The notes below the pieces were generated by a model. The model did no database searches. It was not told where the DNA came from and was given only the letters and a program-made list of their open reading frames with translations. Of a stretch of DNA of 54,059 nucleotides, positions 1-8,400 are shown piece after piece. The DNA is from Candidatus Gottesmanbacteria bacterium. Its GTDB lineage: Bacteria > Patescibacteriota > Microgenomatia > UBA10105 > UBA927. Every line of letters begins with the position of its first letter. The first letter of the stretch is position 1. The stretch is taken from positions 1,164,053-1,218,111 of the forward strand of contig JAHFKK010000001.1 in NCBI GenBank assembly GCA_023245335.1, read 5' to 3'. A program made the translations under genes and the position numbers.

Positions 1-1
1 G

Positions 2-1288
2 CTACTTTAAACGAAGCAGGGAGATAAGTTTTTCGTCCCGCGGCTTATTCCAGACCAGAGCCATATTGAGTGTCGATGTCTTGAAGTACCTCCTCACCAA
101 TTTATTTATGTCTTCTTTTGATACTGAATCTATCTTTTCGATATAGTCTTCAAGCGTCATAATCGGTTGATTGTAGATTTCCTGTCTCCCATACCATTCG
201 GTGAAAAATTCCGGATCCTCGCTACGGAATGCTACCACAGTCTTTAACCGTTTCTTGGCGATATTTACCTCATCCTCGGTCACTCCTTTATCTACGGCCT
301 TTGAAAGTTCCGTGACAATTGCGTTCGTCGCCTCTGTTACTTTGGCGGTCGCGACTCCGGCATAGATATCCCAATATCCGACATCAGCAAACGTAGAGCT
401 ATCAGAGCGGACATGATAGCAAAGCCCCCGCTTTTCCCGTACTTCTTTGAAAAGCCGTGACGTAAATCCGACCCCCATGAGGAGATTGAAAATATTCCAC
501 GCAAACCTGTCTTCACTGCCGCGAGCAAATGTCCGCAGACCGATGATAAGATGTGCCTGTTGGGCATCCGGCTTGGTCACCACTTCCAACTCTGGCTTTT
601 TTTGGGTGTCCCTAACAGCTTCAATGCCGCCCTCAACTTTTCCTTTTAGACCACCAAACCACTCCCGAGCCCGGTCCTCAAGCTCGTTTTCCTTGTCCTC
701 CACATTTCCGGCGACGATAATGACTGTTTTTTCCGGTTTATACCACGCGTCGTGATACGCCCGCAGTTCTTTAGCGGCGACGCTCTTGAGGCTTTTTACT
801 TCGCCGATTATGCGCATGCCGAGTTTTGTACCGGGATAGAGCATGTGATGAAACGTCTCCTCCACTTTGCCCGCCGGCTCATCTTCGCTTCGCTTCATTT
901 CCTCAAGTATCACGTCGCGCTCCTTATCGACCCAGCGCTCTTCTATACGCGGCAGAAGTGCGAGCTCTTTATTGATTTCCAGTCCCAACTCCCAGTCTTC
1001 CGCGAGCACCTTGTTGTGATAGTTGGTGATGTCGATGTCCGTATATGCATTCTGGAGCCCGCCGACGCGTTCGATGATCGTCACATCATCCATAGTCGGA
1101 TATTTCTTGGTCCCTTTAAATACCATGTGTTCCAAGAAATGACTAATACCGTTTATTTTGGTCGTCTCGTATCGGCTTCCGACACCGACCATGACTGCCG
1201 TAGCCACACTATTGACGCTCGGAACCGGAGCGAGGATGAGTCGCACGCCGTTTGATAGAAGAATCTTTTTATATGGCAACGATTTCAT
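2..1288 (-). CDS. M16 (insulinase/pitrilysin) family zinc peptidase
   Basis: HFLEHMVFKGT inverted zinc motif (HxxEH); SRLFKEVREKRGLCY C-terminal M16 motif; TAG stop at 2-4. Confidence 0.95.
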   Translation of the reverse strand: MKSLPYKKILLSNGVRLILAPVPSVNSVATAVMVGVGSRYETTKINGISHFLEHMVFKGTKKYPTMDDVTIIERVGGLQNAYTDIDITNYHNKVLAEDWELGLEINKELALLPRIEERWVDKERDVILEEMKRSEDEPAGKVEETFHHMLYPGTKLGMRIIGEVKSLKSVAAKELRAYHDAWYKPEKTVIIVAGNVEDKENELEDRAREWFGGLKGKVEGGIEAVRDTQKKPELEVVTKPDAQQAHLIIGLRTFARGSEDRFAWNIFNLLMGVGFTSRLFKEVREKRGLCYHVRSDSSTFADVGYWDIYAGVATAKVTEATNAIVTELSKAVDKGVTEDEVNIAKKRLKTVVAFRSEDPEFFTEWYGRQEIYNQPIMTLEDYIEKIDSVSKEDINKLVRRYFKTSTLNMALVWNKPRDEKLISLLRLK

Positions 1289-1508
1289 AGGACCTTATCT
1301 TACCAATGTGACAACAGATTTGCTAGTAGAAAAACTGCACTATTTTGATATAGATTATTATGCTTTCCCCTCCTTGACCAACCTCCCCCCCGTTAGTGTA
1401 TACATAAAAGCGTGAATGACACGTGTGTTGATTCACAATTTTATCCCTGATCGAGTTATCGGTTTCATATCGTATTAACGCGTTCCTGCCTATATATTCA
1501 TTGAATCA

Positions 1509-2393
1509 ATGGCCATAGAACGGTTGGATATCGTCAGTTCGTCGGCAGCCCGGCACGACGCATTTTCACAGCTCCTCCCTCACACGGATGTCCGCCTGGT
1601 CACACCCCGCTTCACCGAAGAACTCATCCAGCGCCCCCTGAACGTACAGCCCGCCGAATGGCCCATGGAGATGGCTGAACGCAAGGCTCTCCAGGATATA
1701 AGCGCCGTCATGGTCTTAGGTGTCGTAAATGATCTTTCCGGGCAGAATATGATCAAAGAAATCGGCAGCAAAAACGAAGGCAGGCATTTACGGATCTACT
1801 CCGATACCATCACTATTTCGTTTGCCGGCGAAACCTCAGACGAGACCCCGACAGTGCTTGAAAAACCGCGGGACTTGGTCTCATGGTTCCATGACAAAGA
1901 CAAGGGAGCCCTTGCCTCCTCCGGCAAAAACATCGAAATTTGCACCGGTATTACCGCAATCGACATGAAAAATCCCGATGCCCATCCTGCAACCGTTCTC
2001 GTACGGATTTTGTCAAAAATGCGCCCATACTCTATGGAGGACATTAATAAAATTATTGAGACCTACGGGCCCCAAGCGATCCTCACGACCGCCGGCGGCA
2101 TCTCCATCTGGAACGGAGGGACGAAGCTGTATGATGGGAGCGTGCCACTCCGCGTGTATCTTCAAACCGACCCACTCCAACAACCGGTGCTCGTAAATGA
2201 AATCCCGGATTGGCAAAATAAAGACACCGACGCACTCAAACGAGTTCTCTACGGCGCCGTCCCCGAAGCAATGGAGAGTTTAGTGCATAAACTGGATTCT
2301 CTCGCAGCCCAAAAAAAGATAATCCAGAGCATTCCCATAACTGTACGACAAGCAAAATCCACGAGTAACCAGGATTTGAAAAACGCAATTTAA
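1509..2393 (+). CDS. Divergent Maf-like nucleotide pyrophosphatase
   Basis: Maf motifs in the expected order: SSSAARH (SxSPRR), ERKA, SDT (ADT), VLEKP (ILGKP), CTGI, AGG. Confidence 0.6.
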   Translation: MAIERLDIVSSSAARHDAFSQLLPHTDVRLVTPRFTEELIQRPLNVQPAEWPMEMAERKALQDISAVMVLGVVNDLSGQNMIKEIGSKNEGRHLRIYSDTITISFAGETSDETPTVLEKPRDLVSWFHDKDKGALASSGKNIEICTGITAIDMKNPDAHPATVLVRILSKMRPYSMEDINKIIETYGPQAILTTAGGISIWNGGTKLYDGSVPLRVYLQTDPLQQPVLVNEIPDWQNKDTDALKRVLYGAVPEAMESLVHKLDSLAAQKKIIQSIPITVRQAKSTSNQDLKNAI

Positions 2394-2430
2394 ACTCCCC
2401 AAGCCATCCTGCGGTGAGGCTCTCATTTTT

Positions 2431-4479
2431 ATGAACAAAGAAACACAACCTATCGGCTTATTTGATGCACGACCGGGGCGCACTCCTTCCCGGGAACAAT
2501 GGGCGCTCTCGCTCACCGAACAACTCCGATCTCGTGACGCGCTCTATATCGTAGACGCACGTACGAAACCGCTTCCGGAATTTTTACAGGACAGACTCAC
2601 GAAACCGGACATAGAAGCATTTGATCAATATCTGCAAACGACCTTCGGCTCTGACTGGAAAAATCACATGAAAGGTAAGACATTTGTTATCGCATATACA
2701 AAATTCGGTCACGGGCACAAACATCAGGCGCTTGATATGGCAACGACACTAGCACAGGTAGCCGACGCGCGGGTTGTGCTGTTTGATCCCATGGACGCGC
2801 TTCCCGTCCGAGAACGCATGCTTATGGTCCACAAAAAAGATCTGCATAAGGCGATGCAATTCCGTGATCAGGAAATCCTAAACAAACTCAAAACGGAAAT
2901 CGAAAATCACAAGAACAGCCCTTGGTGGCAATCGTTTCATGACTTTATTCCATATGAGGAAGCATATCTGTTGGGAGAAATTGCGATGAAAAACCTTCCC
3001 GCACAATCGGAGACCGGCAACAACTATGCGGTCCAACATCCCTCCCGACTCACACAACTGTCTCAAAAAATTCTTACTGCCCATCCTATATTTTTTGGAC
3101 GGGCATTCAGTATAGCGGAAACCGAAGCGACAGAACGATCCGTCGCTGCGGCGACAAGCGCCATCGCGGCTCAGTACGGGGCTGATGCTATACTCGCTAC
3201 TCAAATCGATTCGATCCGCGCCATGACTCCGGACGTACTCCTCTGGCTCCCGAATAACCTGCATAAAGCAGCGCGTCACGCATTGCAAACGATTATCACG
3301 ATTACTCCGGATAACGGATATACCAAGCGCAAACCAGGAACGACCGATAACGGCCCATTAACGAAATCCGAAATTATAGAAGACATCGCTATAGCTTCCC
3401 CTCATGCGTTCACCCTGAGAAACACCGCTTCGTGGCTTCGTAGGGCGGTACATGTCGTCGCAGATGATGTAGTCGCAGAGCGATTCAGTTCGTATTGGGG
3501 TGTACCGAAGCGTGAATATTTTCCGTTCGGAACAGTTGCTGACACGATCTCACCACAACAATATATTGAAAAATGGTCCGGTCCGACTCGCCGAATACTC
3601 ATCGCTTCCAATGGCAACGGATCAAATATCCCTGATGCCGTACGCGCCATTCAGGAAATGGGCGCTTTGTCGCCTACGTGGCTTCAAGACCATCAATTAC
3701 ATCTTGATGTCTTCATTGCTGATCTTCCTACGAAGGTGCCCATGATACTTGAGGCAGCCCAACAAGCCGGCATGCAGGACCAAATAGAGATTATTGATTA
3801 CACCAAAGACTTTTTTGAAAAGCAGCGGTCGTTCTCTTATAGTTCGGATCCCAAAAAAAGAATCCATGTAGCATTTGGCGTGGGTGACGCCGCCGGCAGC
3901 GACCTCAAACAATTTATGCAACGGGCCGCTCATGTAGAAATCCGCTCTCCGGGAGAAAACGCTCTCACTGGGGCTAAAGTCGGGACATTAGAACTCTGTA
4001 CCCCGCCGGGCGGCCCGAACGAAGTGTATAATATGGCCTGGTCTGCCGGCGAAAAACTCGCGTACCCTATCAACTGGACGTCTGACACAAAAGCGCTGAC
4101 ATGGGAAACCATGGGGTTTACGGAATCAGAGATAGTCACAGATGGTTCTATGACACATAGCTTTCCCGATATGATGAAGTATCTTCTCAGGGATAACCGC
4201 ATGGAGACGATGGCGCGCGATGCATATCGACGCGTCAATAAACAGACGAACTACGCGATCATAGGCCTTCTGACGGGAGAAATCTTTCGCCGCAATAACC
4301 TCCCGACTCCCGACCGTGAGACGCTCAAACGATCTCTCTCACTATATATGCACAAACGTAACGCAGTACTCGACGAAGAGCTTACTATGGCGACACAGAG
4401 CCAACCACACGTCGTTTACTCCCACGATTCCCCCTCTTATCGCCTCTTCGGCGACCCGCCGACGAGGCGGGATACTTGA
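2431..4479 (+). CDS. GT-B glycosyltransferase, MGDG-synthase/GT28-like, 682 aa
   Basis: KFGHGHKHQA resembles the GxGH motif; RSPGENALT and PGGPNEVYN resemble TKPGGLT and PGQExxN. Confidence 0.55.
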   Translation: MNKETQPIGLFDARPGRTPSREQWALSLTEQLRSRDALYIVDARTKPLPEFLQDRLTKPDIEAFDQYLQTTFGSDWKNHMKGKTFVIAYTKFGHGHKHQALDMATTLAQVADARVVLFDPMDALPVRERMLMVHKKDLHKAMQFRDQEILNKLKTEIENHKNSPWWQSFHDFIPYEEAYLLGEIAMKNLPAQSETGNNYAVQHPSRLTQLSQKILTAHPIFFGRAFSIAETEATERSVAAATSAIAAQYGADAILATQIDSIRAMTPDVLLWLPNNLHKAARHALQTIITITPDNGYTKRKPGTTDNGPLTKSEIIEDIAIASPHAFTLRNTASWLRRAVHVVADDVVAERFSSYWGVPKREYFPFGTVADTISPQQYIEKWSGPTRRILIASNGNGSNIPDAVRAIQEMGALSPTWLQDHQLHLDVFIADLPTKVPMILEAAQQAGMQDQIEIIDYTKDFFEKQRSFSYSSDPKKRIHVAFGVGDAAGSDLKQFMQRAAHVEIRSPGENALTGAKVGTLELCTPPGGPNEVYNMAWSAGEKLAYPINWTSDTKALTWETMGFTESEIVTDGSMTHSFPDMMKYLLRDNRMETMARDAYRRVNKQTNYAIIGLLTGEIFRRNNLPTPDRETLKRSLSLYMHKRNAVLDEELTMATQSQPHVVYSHDSPSYRLFGDPPTRRDT

Positions 4480-4510
4480 CCGCTGACCCCTGATCCTTGA
4501 TACTGATTTT

Positions 4511-4885
4511 ATGAGCCCCGACGACATCCGAGAACAACTTGAAGCAACCATTGTGGACCTTATTAAAGCCAAAGTAGAAGCCGAAGAAATGACGGAGGAA
4601 CGGGCGCAGGGACTCGCACAAATGGTGTTGGACAAATTGAAGCCAGGCATGAGCCTTGAGGAACTTTATAGAGTACTGCCTCATTTGGACGATAACTTTA
4701 CTGAGATTTCCCACATCATCATTCCCTATTTGCGTGATTATGAAGAAGGGGTCACCCAAAAAGCGGCAGTTGAGGTACAACAACTCATCCATCAGGGGCA
4801 ATATAAAGAAGCTCAATCACTTGCCGACCGGGTCATCAAACAGGATGTCAAACTCGTATGGACAGGTTCTGCAAAACCCACATAG
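4511..4885 (+). CDS. Hypothetical acidic helical protein
   Basis: 124-aa ORF co-oriented with the operon, protein-like composition. Confidence 0.75.
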   Translation: MSPDDIREQLEATIVDLIKAKVEAEEMTEERAQGLAQMVLDKLKPGMSLEELYRVLPHLDDNFTEISHIIIPYLRDYEEGVTQKAAVEVQQLIHQGQYKEAQSLADRVIKQDVKLVWTGSAKPT

Positions 4886-4898
4886 GTTCAAATCTCTG

Positions 4899-4928
4899 TC
4901 CTGCGGAGCAGGATCTGGCTTCGCCAGA
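4899..4928 (-). repeat. 30-bp double-hairpin element, copy D
   Basis: Minus strand TCTGGC-GAA-GCCAGA-TCCTGC-TCC-GCAGGA; two perfect 6-bp stems. Confidence 0.8.
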
Positions 4929-5086
4929 GACAGGAAGCGCAAAACCGGATACATCTCGGCCTCAAAGTTAATTCTACAACCATATCATTCTCGATAAAAC
5001 TTGATACTTTTTAGCCTAGTTCGTTACATTATTATATAGTTTTGGCCTCCTTGACACATCTTACATAACTCCCGTAGTCTGGTTAT

Positions 5087-5425
5087 ATGGACGTTTCTCT
5101 GCCCGCCATCGATGCATTTGTCGAAGAACTCATGAAACAAAAATTCGGAGATTCACGCCCTGACGAAGCCACATTTACTGCTATTAAACGGGAATTAACC
5201 GAAAAACTTAACCAATACCTCACACTCCGGACCATAGAAATGATTTCGGATACGAACCCTGAAGCAATCACACAACTTTCTGATCTCATCAAAACCAATC
5301 CCACTCCAGAACAAGTGAATACGTTCATCGGTAACTACGTGAAAGAGCCGGACATACTCGTTGCCCAAATTTTTGCTGATTTTCGCTCGCTGTATCTTGG
5401 CGTAAAGCCAGAACAAAGCAATTAA
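5087..5425 (+). CDS. Hypothetical helical protein (DUF5663-like)
   Basis: 112-aa ORF ending 6 nt before the giant gene; family resemblance recalled, not searched. Confidence 0.7.
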   Translation: MDVSLPAIDAFVEELMKQKFGDSRPDEATFTAIKRELTEKLNQYLTLRTIEMISDTNPEAITQLSDLIKTNPTPEQVNTFIGNYVKEPDILVAQIFADFRSLYLGVKPEQSN

Positions 5426-5431
5426 TCGCCT

Positions 5432-8400
5432 ATGCCAGACCCGATACCAAACCAGGAAATACCCTCGTCATTGAATATCGTCGTGGGTGAAACACCGCTC
5501 TATCTCAAAACGCCACAAAAAATTGGCGGGCAAGAGGTCACTTCACTCATTATCCAGGCTACCGATAAACGAGGTGCCGCAGGAATTGATAGCTCTGTCT
5601 TACTTGTCAAGGAACCCAGCCGCAAAAAGGGCGAAGAAGGGGCTATCATCGATAAACCCGTTAATCATGTCGATCCCATGGATCAAATGGCTTGGGATAA
5701 AGTATCCGGCGTCCAGTGGACCGATGAGACAGGAGTTTCCCATATCATACCCAAAGAAGAATTGAGTTTAAATCAACCGGTACCCGATGCAGAAGAAATG
5801 ACAGGAACGGAACCAAAAGCAGAAGGCGCTGACGGCCTCTCTATGACAGCAAATGAAAAACAAACAGAGCCAGCTCAGCCTGTCGCCGGATCTCTATCGG
5901 AAGCACCAGTTCAGGAACCCCCCACAGAAAAACCGGCCGAAACAGTAGGATCGCAATTCGAAACTCAACAACCAGAAGTGATGCCGGAAGCAACTCCTCC
6001 CGTAGAACCTTTACCAAAGGTAACACCCGCCAAAGCCCGCGAGGTGCTCTCTTCGCTCACTGAGGATCCCAATACGATAACCATCGTTGGCCTCCGTGCG
6101 TACGAAACACGCGCTCTCGATCTTGCTGATCGGGCGATGCAACGCTTGGGAACACCACGGGTGACCGAACGCGCAGAATCGGCCAAAAACCTCTGGGACA
6201 AAACCAAAGATGTCGCAATGGGTCTCGAGCACGTACTCGTCGATACCGTCTGGAAGCAAAGTATCGGCGGCCTCTACTTCCATGAGCGTGCCCGGCAATA
6301 TTACCTGGGTATGATACGTGCCGCGGAAACGCCGTTTGCCGAACAATCCATACGGTTAGCAGAAGCCAGAGCTACCGACCGATATAACAAAAAACTTGCG
6401 GATGCCAATTTCCTTAGCCGCGTAGGCATGAGAGGAATTGAGGCATTACGGGACACGTTGGGTATGCGCACGGCCATCCAAAATATGGCGCTAGAAGAAA
6501 TCGGCGTCATGAAGACAAACGGAGAACTCCAGGGCGCTGAAACATTTGAACGCGAGGCAAAAGCAGTCCGTGTACGATTCGGCCAGGATTTCGACCGCGC
6601 GGATCAGTTCGTGCGCACCCAGCTCGGTGAAAAACTCGAGATACTGGATGCCACAAAAGAAGAACACAAACCATTGGTAGAAGGCATACAAGGATTACTC
6701 AAACAGTACGCAACAGGCGAGATAACTGACCGCGCTGAATTTGATAAACGAACAAAAGAATTCTTCAATGCGACCCTCAAAAATGTCCGGCCGGATATTT
6801 TCGCTGAGGCAGAATTATATAGTTCGAGTCTTTTTGATGCGGCAGAAACACTACGAAATAAAATGTCGCATGAGGCAGGACTTGCCAATATAGACGAAGC
6901 GTTATCCGGCATGCAGATCCGTCTTGGCCTGGGACAAATGGGTGAGGTCACAAGTCTTGAACCGACAGCTGTCGAACGTGGCGTTAGCCGAGTCCGCGAA
7001 GTGACTGACTGGCTGAACAAAAATAACGTCATCGTGCCGATGGTGTTTAACGAAGTCACGATTGGATCGGGTGTTGCCATTGCCCTGTCCGCAGTGAAGT
7101 TCCTGCAGACCGCGCCGTTCCGTGCTGTTGCTGGTATCACCGGACCATTAGGCAGTATCACCGGAGGCGCACTTGCGGGAGGCATATTTGCGGGATGGCG
7201 CGAATACGGACAACTGCAAAAAGATTACCTCACCCATCTACGCGAACGCGAAACAGGCACGCAATTTACCGAATCTATGAAACGACGTGCTTGGTTTGAG
7301 CGATTGAGTGTGAAACAGCGAAGCGCGAATGAAATGATGACCACCATGCAAAACGCGCTCTACGAGACTCTACCCGAAGGGAACATTGGAGACACGTTGA
7401 AAATAAATCTGACTGATGATGAACTCCGGACGACATTTGCGACCATCGCCGATCTGCAATCGCGCAAGGCAGTGAGCGAGACCGGTCCAAAAAGAATCGG
7501 TTTGATACAGTATTCCAGCCGTGAGGCGATAGAAAGTGAGCGAAGCGCTCTCGATATCGTCGCCAATAAGGCACTCACTGATCTTGACACCTACCTTTCC
7601 TCGCACGCAGATCAGGCGTCGAGTGTCCTGGGCGGCAACACATTCTCCGAATTTATGGTCAAGCTCACCACCAATCAAACACAGGTTTTGAAGCAAGGAG
7701 TCGGAGTCATCGACAGTTTCGACGATCCGGTCAAAGCGACGCTGGGCATTGTTTCCCAACATGCGCCGGAAATTGACCTCGTCAAACGCCGCTGGCCGTT
7801 TGCGGGACGGGAAACAACCGGAGAAGAAAAAGTGATGGGGATGGATGCAATACTTATGGAATTCAATAAAGAAGCCCGTTCAGAAGCCATCAAATATGGT
7901 GTCAGAGCCGGAGTCATCGGAGCGGGAGTCGGTGCGGTACTTCACCTTGGGGATCTTCATGCCGCCCCGGATGCTTCACATGTAGGAGGAGTAGCTTCCA
8001 CCGCATCAATCGGTCATGCAGGGAAAGAAATAGGAAATATCGCTTCTTCTTCGACCACGGTCCCGCCCGAGGGTCTAACGACCGCGGCACAGAAAGTCAT
8101 AGAAATCGGCCCACCCCATCAGGTGATGGTTGATGGAATTACCGGGGCCAACAACGAACCTTTGAGCGCGATGTTACCGCCCGGTTATAATTTCCAACAC
8201 CTCATAGTCGGAGGTCACATGGATAAGTGGGAGCTCATCGGACCGGATAAGCAAGTCATCCTAAACAATCTAAGCTTCAGTCCCGACGGGACACTTGCTA
8301 ATGCTACCGAAGTTCAACAACAACTCGCCGCCCATGGTTTATCAATGACAACAAACGCCTTGCCTGCCGAACAGATTGCAGGTGCGGCAGCAAGTGGATC

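Noticed and set aside
1412-1436. Hairpin GTGAAT...ATTCAC in the divergent promoter region
   Set aside because: Isolated short stem with nothing else to support a function.
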